This document shows positions 23,645 to 34,104 of a DNA stretch of 56,461 nucleotides, one piece after another. A program made the translations under genes and the position numbers. How positions within the stretch are numbered: the first letter of the stretch is position 1; each line of letters begins with the position of its first letter. The notes under the pieces are model-generated. The model saw only the letters and a program-made list of their open reading frames with translations. It was not told the origin of the DNA and did no database searches. The stretch is from an uncultured Gammaproteobacteria bacterium (lineage in GTDB: Bacteria > Pseudomonadota > Gammaproteobacteria > Magnimaribacterales > D2472). Location of the stretch: the NCBI GenBank assembly GCA_964342675.1, contig CAYFFR010000004.1, forward strand, positions 1 through 56,461, in the 5' to 3' direction.

Positions 23645-24716
23645 AAAATTTTTTATTGATCCATTTATATTTTCAAGCATATTAACACTATGTTTTTTTG
23701 GTTTATTCATTTTATATAGCGCGTCCCAAGGCAATACCACTTTAATCATCAAACAGTCTGTATTCGGAATCATTGGTGTTTTATTATTTTTTATTATTAG
23801 TCAGCCTGATCCAGATCTATACAGACGATTTGCTCCTTTAGTTCTAATAATTGCTATGGCTTTATCTTTAGTAGCATATTTTTTTGGACCAGAAATTAAC
23901 GGAGCTAAGCGATGGATCAAAGTTGCCTCTTTTTCATTTCAACCCTCAGAATTGCTTAAATTATCCTTACCATTATTTTTAGCTGCTTTTTTACATGATA
24001 AAAAACTTCCAATCTCTTTGAAAGAAACTCTTATTTCACTATTCATCATCATTATTTGTTTCTTAATAGTGTCTTCTCAGCCAGATCTTGGTACGGCCCT
24101 TATAATAGGGGCTGCTGGATTATTTGTATTATTTTTAGCTGGATTAAGTTGGGTATTCATTGGAACTAGTTTTGCTGCAATGATTATTTGTTCACCTTAT
24201 ATATGGAACAATCTGTTAGAGCCTTTTCAAAAAGCTAGGATAGCTACTCTTTTAAATCCTGATGCTGATCCTACTGGTTCTGGTTGGAATATAATGCAAT
24301 CAAAGATAGCTATAGGCAGTGGTGGTTTATCTGGTAAGGGCTATGGCCAGGGATCTCAAACCCATTTAGATTTTTTACCCGAAACACAGACAGATTTTAT
24401 TTTTTCAGTTCTGGCTGAGGAGTTAGGGTTTATTGGGGTTCTTATTTTAGCCTTCATTTATATCTTTATCATTCTGCGATGTTTTTATTTAGCAGTAAAT
24501 GCAAGAGACAGGTTCTGTAGGCTTGTGATCGGTGGGTTCTTATTTACATTTGCTTTAAATGTGACTATTAACCTATGTATGGTCGTAGGCCTGGTTCCTG
24601 TTGTCGGCATGCCACTTCCATTTTTAAGTCAAGGAGGAACATCACTTCTTTCAATTTTTATAATGTTTGGGATAATAACCTCAATGGCAACACATAAACA
24701 CTTATTACAGAAATGA
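23637..24716 (+). CDS. mrdB: Rod shape-determining SEDS protein RodA
   Basis: GAKRWI, QPSELLK, QPDLGT, QSKIAIGSGG, FLPETQTDFIF, LPFLSQGGTS. Confidence 0.96.
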   Translation: MNRKFFIDPFIFSSILTLCFFGLFILYSASQGNTTLIIKQSVFGIIGVLLFFIISQPDPDLYRRFAPLVLIIAMALSLVAYFFGPEINGAKRWIKVASFSFQPSELLKLSLPLFLAAFLHDKKLPISLKETLISLFIIIICFLIVSSQPDLGTALIIGAAGLFVLFLAGLSWVFIGTSFAAMIICSPYIWNNLLEPFQKARIATLLNPDADPTGSGWNIMQSKIAIGSGGLSGKGYGQGSQTHLDFLPETQTDFIFSVLAEELGFIGVLILAFIYIFIILRCFYLAVNARDRFCRLVIGGFLFTFALNVTINLCMVVGLVPVVGMPLPFLSQGGTSLLSIFIMFGIITSMATHKHLLQK

Positions 24717-25672
24717 GAAATTTAATTCTGGCAAGTCTCTTATTAACACCATCTATAACGTTTGCTGACTACACCTCAGGAGTGAAATTCGATGAAATAT
24801 ATTCTATTTTGGTTAATCAGCATGGTTTTGATGGGGAATATGTTGCTTCTGTTTTATCTAGTGCTGAAAAACAAGAAAAGATCATTAAGTCGATGAACTC
24901 TCCTGCAGAATTCACATGGACTTGGAAGAAATATAGAAAGCATTTTGTTGAGTCTAAGCGAATATATAATGGGAAAAGGTTTATCAAAAAACATCTAGAA
25001 GTTTTAAATAGAGCAGAAGCTGAATTTGGGGTGCCAAAAGAAATTATTGTTGCAATTTTAGGTGTAGAAACAAGATATGGAAAAATCAAAGGCAACATTA
25101 ATGTTATTGATGCCTTAACAACACTTAGCTTTGATTACCCTAGGAGATCTAAGTTTTTTACAAATGAGCTAATTAGTTTTTTTATTTTAACTAGAAAAAA
25201 TAATATTGACATTTTTAAAACCAAAGGATCCTATGCTGGTGCTATGGGATATAGTCAATTTATTCCCTCGAGTTATCTAGCTTATGCAGTTGATTATGAT
25301 GGTGACAATAAAGCTGATCTGATTCATTCTCCTGAAGATGCAATTGGCAGCATCGCTAATTATTTATATAAAAGTGGATGGAAAAGAGATGTTGGCATTA
25401 TATTAGAATTAAAAGACGCTCCTAAAGATTATGATGAAACTAGCTTAAATAATATTAGAAAGCCCATCAGACTTGATGAAGGTTACAGCGATATAATGAT
25501 TCATACAGATATTAGTAAAACGAATAAAGATGGTAAATATTTATTACTAAGATATGATCAAGATGGTAAAGAACATTATTACTTAGGATCCCAGAATTTT
25601 ATCGCTATTACCAAATATAACAGGAGCCATTTTTATGCTAAGGCAGTTTATGATTTAGCAGAGGAGTTTTGA
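24713..25672 (+). CDS. mltB: Lytic murein transglycosylase B family (Slt35/SltB1-like)
   Basis: IVAILGVETRYG, GSYAGAMGYSQFIPSS, DYDGD EF-hand-like loop, ITKYNRS. Confidence 0.92.
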   Translation: MRNLILASLLLTPSITFADYTSGVKFDEIYSILVNQHGFDGEYVASVLSSAEKQEKIIKSMNSPAEFTWTWKKYRKHFVESKRIYNGKRFIKKHLEVLNRAEAEFGVPKEIIVAILGVETRYGKIKGNINVIDALTTLSFDYPRRSKFFTNELISFFILTRKNNIDIFKTKGSYAGAMGYSQFIPSSYLAYAVDYDGDNKADLIHSPEDAIGSIANYLYKSGWKRDVGIILELKDAPKDYDETSLNNIRKPIRLDEGYSDIMIHTDISKTNKDGKYLLLRYDQDGKEHYYLGSQNFIAITKYNRSHFYAKAVYDLAEEF

Positions 25673-26844
25673 TGAAGAGAATTTATTTCAGTGTAATTTG
25701 TTGTTTAATTTTTTTGACTGCTAACTTATATGGTCAATCAAAGGTTCCACCTCCTCCTAAATTTGATTTACCAAGCTATATACTGATGGATGCTACTACA
25801 GGTAATGTTATAGCGGAGTTAAATGCAGAGTCACAAATAGAGCCCGCAAGCATGACCAAAGTCATGACAAGTTACATCGCAGCAGATCAAATTGAAGAAG
25901 AATTAATCTCAGCCAATGATGAGGTAATTATTTCTTCAAAAGCTTGGAGTAGAAACGTTGAAGGAACTACTATGTTTATTATTGAAGGCCAACGCGTTCC
26001 ACTATCTGAACTACTTAATGGATTAATAGTTGTTTCTGGTAATGATGCTGCTATTGCTATAGCAGAACATATAGCAGGAACAGAAGAAGACTTTGCTGCT
26101 TTGATGAATCAGTATGCCCAGAGACTTGGACTAAAAAATACATTGTTTCAAAATTCTTCAGGCTTACCGGATGCAAATCACTACTCAACCGCAAAAGATT
26201 TAGCACTATTGACACAATCATTAATTAAGAAATTTCCAGAGCACTATGGGCGTTATAGACAGAAAAGTTACAAGTATGAATATGAAGGTAATAATACTGA
26301 TGTTCAATACAATAGGAATAGACTTTTATGGAATGATGCATCAGTTGATGGTGTTAAAACAGGAAGCACTGACTCAGCTGGACATAGTGTTATTGCTTCT
26401 GCTAAAAGAAATGATATGAGGCTCATATCAGTTGTTACAGGATCTAAGAGTAAGGATGCCCGTTTTATCGCATCTGAAAGGTTACTTAATTACGGCTTTC
26501 GATATTTTTCTACTCAAAAACTGATTCCTTCCAATACATCACTTAAGACTAGCGTAATTTGGGGAGGAAGATCTGATAACCTTAATTTAGGTATTAGGAA
26601 TGATTTATTTGTTACTTTGGCTAGAACAGACTTTAAAAATATTGAAATCAAATATAGGTATAAGAATAACGTTCAAGCACCAGTTCAGAAGGGCGATGAT
26701 TTTGGTGAAATAGAGATCCTATCTAATGGTAAGTTGGTTGCCACATCTCAATTAATAGCGCTAGAAGAGGTTAAAGCTAAAGGTTTTTTTGGTAGGTTAT
26801 TTTCTAGGATTCTCCTCTGGTTTATAAATCTATTTAATTTTTAG
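25672..26844 (+). CDS. dacA: D-alanyl-D-alanine carboxypeptidase (PBP5/6)
   Basis: PASMTK, SGNDA, KTG; GAGGAG SD at 25661-25666 before ATG 25672. Confidence 0.92.
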   Translation: MKRIYFSVICCLIFLTANLYGQSKVPPPPKFDLPSYILMDATTGNVIAELNAESQIEPASMTKVMTSYIAADQIEEELISANDEVIISSKAWSRNVEGTTMFIIEGQRVPLSELLNGLIVVSGNDAAIAIAEHIAGTEEDFAALMNQYAQRLGLKNTLFQNSSGLPDANHYSTAKDLALLTQSLIKKFPEHYGRYRQKSYKYEYEGNNTDVQYNRNRLLWNDASVDGVKTGSTDSAGHSVIASAKRNDMRLISVVTGSKSKDARFIASERLLNYGFRYFSTQKLIPSNTSLKTSVIWGGRSDNLNLGIRNDLFVTLARTDFKNIEIKYRYKNNVQAPVQKGDDFGEIEILSNGKLVATSQLIALEEVKAKGFFGRLFSRILLWFINLFNF

Positions 26845-26846
26845 AT

Positions 26847-27692
26847 ATGAGTAAAATTTTTGGGGTCTATCAAGGATCATTTTTACCTTTAGAAGAGATT
26901 AGGGTTTCACCATTGTCTAGAGCATATACATTTTCTGATAGCGTATATGAGGTTATCCCATACTTTTATGGGCGGCCTTTTTGTTTAATAGAGCACCTCG
27001 AAAGACTGAGTAAGAGTTTAGAAGCAACCAAGATATATGTAGACCTTAATAGAGTAGAAGATGAGATTAACCAATTATCTCACTATATTAAGAATCATGA
27101 GAATGCTTATATTTACTATCAGGTGACTAGAGGAGTGGACTCAATTAGATCACATCAGGCTAATCATGACGAATTGGTACCAGAATTATTTGGTTATGCC
27201 GTCGAAATTAAAACCAATACAAGTCCGATTCAAGCTAAATTATGTGAAGACATAAGATGGATGAGATGCGATGTGAAATCGACATCATTGTTAGGTAATA
27301 TTTTAATGATGAATGATGCACAGGAGTCAGACTGTTCAGAAATCATTTTTTATAAAGATGATTTTTTATGTGAAGGTGGTGCAAGCAACGTTTTTCTTTC
27401 TGTCAATGGAGCAATCCTTACTCCAAGCCTTCAATCGAATATTCTGTCTGGCATAACAAGAAACTTTTTGATCAAATCACTCACAAGCAAAGATATAATT
27501 GTTCAGGAGACTGATTGCAATATTAGTTTATTAGAAGAAGCTTCAACTATATGGTTCACCAGCTCTACTAGAGGTATATTGCCTATAGAAAATTTAGTGA
27601 ATTCTAATTATCATCGCGATCCAAAAGACCCCGTCTTTAATCAATGCAAAGAAATCTACGAAGAATCATTCAAGAACTATTTTGCAACTTAA
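26847..27692 (+). CDS. dat: Class IV aminotransferase, D-amino-acid transaminase type
   Basis: FSDSVYEVI, YYQVTRG, RWMRCDVKSTSLL, EGGASNVF, ILSGITR. Confidence 0.8.
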   Translation: MSKIFGVYQGSFLPLEEIRVSPLSRAYTFSDSVYEVIPYFYGRPFCLIEHLERLSKSLEATKIYVDLNRVEDEINQLSHYIKNHENAYIYYQVTRGVDSIRSHQANHDELVPELFGYAVEIKTNTSPIQAKLCEDIRWMRCDVKSTSLLGNILMMNDAQESDCSEIIFYKDDFLCEGGASNVFLSVNGAILTPSLQSNILSGITRNFLIKSLTSKDIIVQETDCNISLLEEASTIWFTSSTRGILPIENLVNSNYHRDPKDPVFNQCKEIYEESFKNYFAT

Positions 27693-28656
27693 TCAAGCTA
27701 GACTCTAGGCATTTCCAGGCATCACCCCTTTTTGCTCCTTTTGAAAGCTGATCTAATTTAAAGATAGCTTTTTTCATTTCAAGCAATATTTCATGACTAG
27801 TTTTTTTTGAGAAACTCTTATAATCATTATGCTTTGCCTTCCAAACTCCATAAGAGTAGAGATTAGCTCTTCCAGAAGAGAATTTTAATGCAAGCGCAGC
27901 ATGCACAACTTTTGCAAAAACCCAATTTAATAAAGTATGAGCATTAGGGTTACTAGTTTTTACTTCCTGAACAATTTGTCTAGATTTCTTATAGTCTTGG
28001 GTAATAAGAGCATCCTCTAACTCATAACCTACAAAGCTTTTATTAAAATCTATAGATGCAATATCATTTTCAATATCAGATTCTTGAATCATCTTTAATA
28101 ATTTTATTTCATTCTTTTGAGCAATGAGATTACCTTCAAAATTAGCAATTATTGTTGATCCCACTAATGGTAAATGTTCTTTAGATAGGAATGATAAATT
28201 TTCTTTTAACCAAATTTTTTCTTCATACAATGCTAACTTTTTACAACTCACTATAGTTCCTTCAGTATCTAATTTCTTATACCAATTATTGTTTACATTA
28301 TGCTTCTCTCCCACGCTCTCAATAATGAATGCTAGCCCATCCGCTTTTTTAAATTCATAACTTTCAATAAAGCTGATTAAGGGCGCTGGAAACCTGCCCT
28401 CTAAATGTTTTATCTTCACAATAATTTTTTCTTGAAATAGAGAGCCAGCGGATAATTTATGAACTAATGTTTCTATTGTTTTTAAATCTTCTGTCTCAAT
28501 ACCAATAGTTAAGGTTTTATTAAAATCTACTTTGTTTAACCCTTTCTCTATAATTTCTATCACATCGTTTCTTAACACAATCTCCTCTCCATAAACAAAA
28601 AAAAGATTGGTTTCTAATTTGGGTTTAGTGAAGAACTTTATGAAATCAAATTTCAT
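27670..28656 (-). CDS. holA: DNA polymerase III delta subunit (divergent)
   Basis: FVYGEEIVL, GSLF, EGNLIAQKNEIKLL; position after leuS/lptE. Confidence 0.8.
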   Translation of the reverse strand: MKFDFIKFFTKPKLETNLFFVYGEEIVLRNDVIEIIEKGLNKVDFNKTLTIGIETEDLKTIETLVHKLSAGSLFQEKIIVKIKHLEGRFPAPLISFIESYEFKKADGLAFIIESVGEKHNVNNNWYKKLDTEGTIVSCKKLALYEEKIWLKENLSFLSKEHLPLVGSTIIANFEGNLIAQKNEIKLLKMIQESDIENDIASIDFNKSFVGYELEDALITQDYKKSRQIVQEVKTSNPNAHTLLNWVFAKVVHAALALKFSSGRANLYSYGVWKAKHNDYKSFSKKTSHEILLEMKKAIFKLDQLSKGAKRGDAWKCLESSLIKLQNSS

Positions 28657-29095
28657 TGACCAATAATCTCCTAATTAATAATCCTACTGCTTGTTCTTCT
28701 AATTTCTCATATATATATTTTTCAGCATTATCTTCACCCATCGGATTAAGTTCATTGGTGGCAGTTTGTGAGTCTATTTTTATTTGATATGTTTTAGGAT
28801 CATCATTTATTTTGTACAAGACAGTATATATAAGATCTTTTGCAATAGGTCTTGATGCCATACCACCATAGTATATTTTTTCTTCCTTTAAAGTATTTAT
28901 GATCATGAGCCTGTTTTGAGATGCCGAGTTAATATTAACTTTATAAGACAATTTTTTCTGAAATCTGTAATCAACACTATCACTAAATGATAAGCTCTTT
29001 AAAGATAATCTCTGATAATTATAATCATTAGAATTACAACTTACGCTGATCAAGATTATTAATAATAGTAATAAAGAAGGCTTACTTAGCGACAT
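28646..29095 (-). CDS. lptE: Lipoprotein, probable highly diverged LptE
   Basis: Lipobox ISVS-C, about 150 aa, canonical position immediately before holA; sequence similarity itself is weak. Confidence 0.55.
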   Translation of the reverse strand: MSLSKPSLLLLLIILISVSCNSNDYNYQRLSLKSLSFSDSVDYRFQKKLSYKVNINSASQNRLMIINTLKEEKIYYGGMASRPIAKDLIYTVLYKINDDPKTYQIKIDSQTATNELNPMGEDNAEKYIYEKLEEQAVGLLIRRLLVNEI

Positions 29096-30188
29096 CAAAT
29101 AATTCTTTAAAACCAGAAGGGTCATGTCTTCCTATAACAAGATTTTCTAATGTCCCAAACCCTTCTTTAGATCCCATTTTTGCATGTGCTATTTGATGAG
29201 TGTGAAACAATGTAAAGTCATTTGGATCTAGTTTGTCTAAATCCCAAACCTCATATCCTGTTTCCATTTCTCCTTTCCAGAACGCATGACCCCATTCTGG
29301 ATGCTGATACCCAATACCTTTACAATGAAACCTTGGTCCCACTGTATCAATTTGTATTGTTAAATTCTCTCCAGAGTTTCTGTAGCCCTCAATAGTTGCC
29401 GATTCAGACCACCTTGTTCCCTTGATCCATTTAACACTGTGCTCAACATTATTTATAGGCTCTATTATTTCTTTTGAGTTACTGATAGTGACTATATCAG
29501 CTGATAATTGTGTTGGGTTGCCATCATGATCTTGAAAAGTACCAAAATGAGTAAAACAATCATCAAAATTAATAGGGATCCAACACCAATATACGCCTGG
29601 TTCTCCTGCTAATTTCCCAGGTGCCCCTGCTTCAGGCTCACCAACAGGCCTAACACCCCATGATTTATCTCGTGTTCCATATTCTGATTTAAGGGTAATT
29701 TCATTTAGTTCAGTAATAATTTTTCCCGACCATTTACCAAATTGTGTAAAACGACTTGTGTCCATAAGAACTCTGCTACCTTCTTGCATAGTAGATTTTG
29801 GCTCTAAATGTGGGCCTGTAATTGCATTAAAAGTAATATCACAACTAAGTTTATTATCAGGATCATCCAAAATAAATCTGATAACACTCATTGGTTCTAC
29901 AATTTCTAGGGTTATAGGACCCACTTCTATTGGGTACCTACTGGGGTTTAATCTTTTTGAAGCATGAAATGAAAATTGTTTATTATTTGTTGCAATACTA
30001 AAATGTGCATCAATAATATGACGGTTTGGATATACTCCAATACCTATTTCGAATAAGAAGTCCTTATCAGGACTAAAACCGTTAAACCAATATCTATCAT
30101 AAAAATTTCTATCTGATGTAGATGGTATTGATAAAGTATCAGATGTTTGATGTATGGGAAAATCGTCAAGAGGAGTTATATTTAGCAT
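29082..30188 (-). CDS. Conserved hypothetical protein, resembles the mycobacterial Rv3169 family
   Basis: LDDFPIHQ, SDRNFYDRY, YPN, RFTQFGKWSG, RDKSWGVRPVGEPE, WGHAFWKG, GRHDPSGF; family recognised from memory. Confidence 0.75.
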   Translation of the reverse strand: MLNITPLDDFPIHQTSDTLSIPSTSDRNFYDRYWFNGFSPDKDFLFEIGIGVYPNRHIIDAHFSIATNNKQFSFHASKRLNPSRYPIEVGPITLEIVEPMSVIRFILDDPDNKLSCDITFNAITGPHLEPKSTMQEGSRVLMDTSRFTQFGKWSGKIITELNEITLKSEYGTRDKSWGVRPVGEPEAGAPGKLAGEPGVYWCWIPINFDDCFTHFGTFQDHDGNPTQLSADIVTISNSKEIIEPINNVEHSVKWIKGTRWSESATIEGYRNSGENLTIQIDTVGPRFHCKGIGYQHPEWGHAFWKGEMETGYEVWDLDKLDPNDFTLFHTHQIAHAKMGSKEGFGTLENLVIGRHDPSGFKELFDVAK

Positions 30189-32755
30189 TAGGTAACAAAG
30201 TTAATTAATTTTTCTTTAACATAAATCACCTTCTTAATATTGTCTAGCTCAATATGCTTCGAAACATTATTATTTTTTAAAGCAATACTCTCTACATCAA
30301 CTTGATTCATTGACTTATCAACCATTTCTTTTCCTCTAACTTTGCCATTAACTTGGATAATAAGCTCAAAACTATCCTCTTCAATCAGATCCAGTCTTAT
30401 GCTTGGCCAGGATATTTCAAACTCTTCTTTATTTAATTTTGGATTAAATCGATTCCACAGCTCAAGCGTGATATGTGGCGCAATAGGAGACAGTATCTTT
30501 AATACTATTTCTAACGCTTCATTTAAACAAAATTTTTCTGCCTTAGAAGCTTCATTTAATTTGAATGACTCAGGGATAGCATTTATTAATTCCATGGCAG
30601 ATGCAATTACAGTATTAAATGAATTCCGTTCTTCATAATCATTGTTAACTTTTGCAAGAGTCTGATGAGTTTTTCTTCTTAGCTTCAATTCATTTTCAGA
30701 TAAATTATCTGGCTCTTTAATATCATTTATTCTTCCATCAGCTAAATTCCATAACCTTTTAAGAAATCTATGTGAGCCTTCGATAGACGTTTCAGACCAT
30801 TCAAGAGTTTGATCAGGCGGAGACGCAAACATAATATAAAGCCTTACAGTATCTGCTCCAAATTTTTTGATCATATCATTCGGATCAACACCATTTAGTT
30901 TCGATTTACTCATCTTTGACATACCATCTTTATAAACTGTGTCTCCCTTGAGAGTTTTCATGATTTTAGGATCTTTAGATCCCTTAGGATCAATCTCTTC
31001 TTTTGCAACCCATACAAGATTCCCATTCTTATCTTGGGTATAGAAAGCATCAGCTAAAACCATTCCTTGAGTTAATAGCTTTATAAATGGTTCCTTATTA
31101 TTTATTAGTTTATTTTCGTACATCAGGAGATTAAAGAATCTAGCGTATAGTAGATGTAATATTGCATGTTCTATACCCCCAACATATTGATCAACAGGCA
31201 GCCAATACCTGGCTTCATCTCCAATCATTTCTTTGTTTGAAATATCTGCAAATCTAGCAAAATACCAAGAGCTCTCAAAAAAGGTATCGAAAGTATCTGT
31301 TTCCCTTTTACTTTCTTTACCACATAACGGGCAATCAACTTTTTGCCAGTCTTTAAATTGATTTAGACTCATACCTTTTGTTGAAATATCCTCAATATCA
31401 GGTAATTCAACTGGTAAATCCTTTTCAGGAACTCTAACTGGACCACAGTTATTACAATTGATTATTGGTATTGGGCAACCCCAATATCTTTGTCGTGATA
31501 TACCCCAATCTCTTAATCTGTAGTTAATCTTAATTTTTCCATTATTGGTTTTAGCAAGTTTCTTTGAAATTTTTTCAAAAGCTTCATCCGATGACAAACC
31601 ATCAAACTCATCTGAATTAATTAATACGCCTTGATTTTCAATAGCTCCATCTTTAATAGATTGATCAGAACCGTCATCTATAACTTGATTGATTTCAAGA
31701 CCATATTTTCTTGCAAACTCCCAATCTCTTTGGTCATGAGCTGGCACACACATGACAGCTCCTGACCCATACTCCATTACTACAAAGTTAGATATCCAAA
31801 TAGGAATTTTCTTAAGGGTAAATGGATGAATGGCATATAAACCAGTTTCAATACCTACTTTTTCTTGTTTTGCTAACGCAGCTTCATTTTTCTGAATACT
31901 TTGATTGCTTTTAATAAAGTCTTTTATAGTTTTATTCTTCTCTTGTATCTTTTCACTTATAGGATGCCTCATTGCTAAAGCACAATATGTAGCACCGAAA
32001 ATAGTGTCTGGACGAGTGGTGAATACTTGCAGCTGATCATCCATCCCATCAACATTAAAATTGAATTCAAGACCTTTTGATTTTCCAATCCAGTTCTCTT
32101 GCATTAATTTTACTTGATTCGGCCATCCATCAAGATCATCTAATCCAGCTAGTAATTCCTCTGAAAACTCGCTAATTTTTAGAAAGTACTGATCTATTTT
32201 CTTTTTTTCAATTAATGCCCCAGACCGCCAACCCCTGCCATCTATGACTTGTTCATTGGCTAGAACAGTCTCATCGACGGGGTCCCAGTTTACCTCTGAT
32301 TCTTTTTTGTAAACTAAATCCTGCTCATATAGAATACCAAAAAATAATTGTTCCCATTTAAAGTAATCAGGAGATGATGTATTAATCTCCTTACTCCAAT
32401 CATAGCTAAACCCCAAGCTTTTTAATTGATTTTTCATTACCTTAATATTTTTTTCAGTCCATACTTTTGGGGATACGTTGTTCTCTATGGCTGCGTTCTC
32501 TGCAGGCAATCCAAAAGCATCCCAACCCATAGGCTGCAGAACATTAAATCCTTGCATTCGTTTAAATCTAGATATCACATCTCCAATGGTGTAATTGCGC
32601 ACATGACCCATATGAAGTTTGCCAGAAGGATATGGAAACATTGATAGGCAATAATATTTATCCAAGCTACTTTTTTTTGCTAAATGAGATCGCGACTCTT
32701 CCCAAAAAATCTGTGCAGATTCCTCTACTTTTTTTGGATTATATTCACTAGGCAT
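30188..32755 (-). CDS. leuS: Leucine--tRNA ligase
   Basis: MFPYPSGKLHMGH, VFTTRPDT, RLRDWGISRQRYWG, KMSKS; start MPSEY at 32755. Confidence 0.98.
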   Translation of the reverse strand: MPSEYNPKKVEESAQIFWEESRSHLAKKSSLDKYYCLSMFPYPSGKLHMGHVRNYTIGDVISRFKRMQGFNVLQPMGWDAFGLPAENAAIENNVSPKVWTEKNIKVMKNQLKSLGFSYDWSKEINTSSPDYFKWEQLFFGILYEQDLVYKKESEVNWDPVDETVLANEQVIDGRGWRSGALIEKKKIDQYFLKISEFSEELLAGLDDLDGWPNQVKLMQENWIGKSKGLEFNFNVDGMDDQLQVFTTRPDTIFGATYCALAMRHPISEKIQEKNKTIKDFIKSNQSIQKNEAALAKQEKVGIETGLYAIHPFTLKKIPIWISNFVVMEYGSGAVMCVPAHDQRDWEFARKYGLEINQVIDDGSDQSIKDGAIENQGVLINSDEFDGLSSDEAFEKISKKLAKTNNGKIKINYRLRDWGISRQRYWGCPIPIINCNNCGPVRVPEKDLPVELPDIEDISTKGMSLNQFKDWQKVDCPLCGKESKRETDTFDTFFESSWYFARFADISNKEMIGDEARYWLPVDQYVGGIEHAILHLLYARFFNLLMYENKLINNKEPFIKLLTQGMVLADAFYTQDKNGNLVWVAKEEIDPKGSKDPKIMKTLKGDTVYKDGMSKMSKSKLNGVDPNDMIKKFGADTVRLYIMFASPPDQTLEWSETSIEGSHRFLKRLWNLADGRINDIKEPDNLSENELKLRRKTHQTLAKVNNDYEERNSFNTVIASAMELINAIPESFKLNEASKAEKFCLNEALEIVLKILSPIAPHITLELWNRFNPKLNKEEFEISWPSIRLDLIEEDSFELIIQVNGKVRGKEMVDKSMNQVDVESIALKNNNVSKHIELDNIKKVIYVKEKLINFVT

Positions 32756-34103
32756 CTTTAATTTTCTCCAAGAATTCATCCTCTAGATAATTAACGTGAT
32801 GTTTATTTTGAAGAAATATTTCATCAAATAATATTTTCTGATGTAATGAATGATTGGTATTTATTCCTTCAACGAAGAATTCTTCTAAAGCGCTTATCAT
32901 TCTCTTAATTGAAGACCGTCTTGAATTAGCTGCAGTGATAATTTTAGCTAAGAGTGAATCGTAGTATGGCGGCACTAAGTAACCAGAATAAATATGGGAA
33001 TCAAATCTAACACCAAAGCCTCCAGGAGGATGCATTTTTGATATTAATCCAGGTGAAGGCAGAAATGTAAGAGGATCTTCAGCATTTATTCTGCATTCAA
33101 TAGCATGACCTTTAAAGCTAACTCTTTTTTGATCAAGCTTCATTTTCATCCCAAGGGCAAGCTTAAGTTGAGTTTTTACTAGATCAAACATTGTTACCAT
33201 TTCTGTAACAGGATGCTCAACCTGAATGCGAGTATTCATTTCAATAAAGAAGAAACTACCATCTTTGTAAAGAAACTCAATTGTTCCAACTCCTTCATAT
33301 TTAATTTTTTTACATAAATCCACGCATGATTTTAAAACAATATTTAGAGCATCTTCATCTATATCAATCGCAGGAGCTTCTTCAATAATTTTTTGATGTT
33401 TTCTTTGTAGGCTGCAGTCTCTTGTTCCTAGATGTATAGCGCTACCTTGACCATCCCCAACAACCTGAACCTCTATATGTCTAGGATTTTCAATATATTT
33501 TTCTAAATATATTGCATCATTCCCAAAAGCATTTTTTGCTTCTTGTTTTGTTAATGATATTCCTGTGCTTAATTCATTATAATCTCGCACTATCCTCATT
33601 CCTCTACCACCGCCCCCAGCAGACGCCTTTATTATTAATGGAAACCCAATGGAATTTGCTATTTCATTTATTTCATCTTGGTTTTTGGGTAATTTCTCAT
33701 CATATCCAGGTACGACAGGTATATTGTTTTGACTAACTAATTTTTTTGCTGAAATCTTATCCCCCATGATTTCAATGACTTTAGAAGATGGGCCTATAAA
33801 CTTAAACCCACTATTTTGACATCTTTCAGCAAAGTTATGATCTTCTGATAAAAAGCCATAACCGGGATATATAGCATCAGTTTGCGATAGTTCAGCTGCA
33901 GACAGTATTGAGGGGATATTAAGATAACTATCCATGGGATTTTCAGAGCCTATACATACTGTCTCATCAGCGAATCTTAGGTGCTTCTGATCTTTATCAC
34001 CTGTTGAATAAATAGCAACTGTGTTTAAGTTTAATTCTTTGCAGGCTCTAATGGCACGCAGAGCAATTTCTCCTCTATTTGCTATGAGGATTTTTTGAGA
34101 CAT
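32748..34103 (-). CDS. accC: Biotin carboxylase
   Basis: ILIANRGEIA, GGGGRGMR, RDCSLQR, EMNTRIQVEHPVTE. Confidence 0.97.
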   Translation of the reverse strand: MSQKILIANRGEIALRAIRACKELNLNTVAIYSTGDKDQKHLRFADETVCIGSENPMDSYLNIPSILSAAELSQTDAIYPGYGFLSEDHNFAERCQNSGFKFIGPSSKVIEIMGDKISAKKLVSQNNIPVVPGYDEKLPKNQDEINEIANSIGFPLIIKASAGGGGRGMRIVRDYNELSTGISLTKQEAKNAFGNDAIYLEKYIENPRHIEVQVVGDGQGSAIHLGTRDCSLQRKHQKIIEEAPAIDIDEDALNIVLKSCVDLCKKIKYEGVGTIEFLYKDGSFFFIEMNTRIQVEHPVTEMVTMFDLVKTQLKLALGMKMKLDQKRVSFKGHAIECRINAEDPLTFLPSPGLISKMHPPGGFGVRFDSHIYSGYLVPPYYDSLLAKIITAANSRRSSIKRMISALEEFFVEGINTNHSLHQKILFDEIFLQNKHHVNYLEDEFLEKIKDA

Positions 34104-34104
34104 T

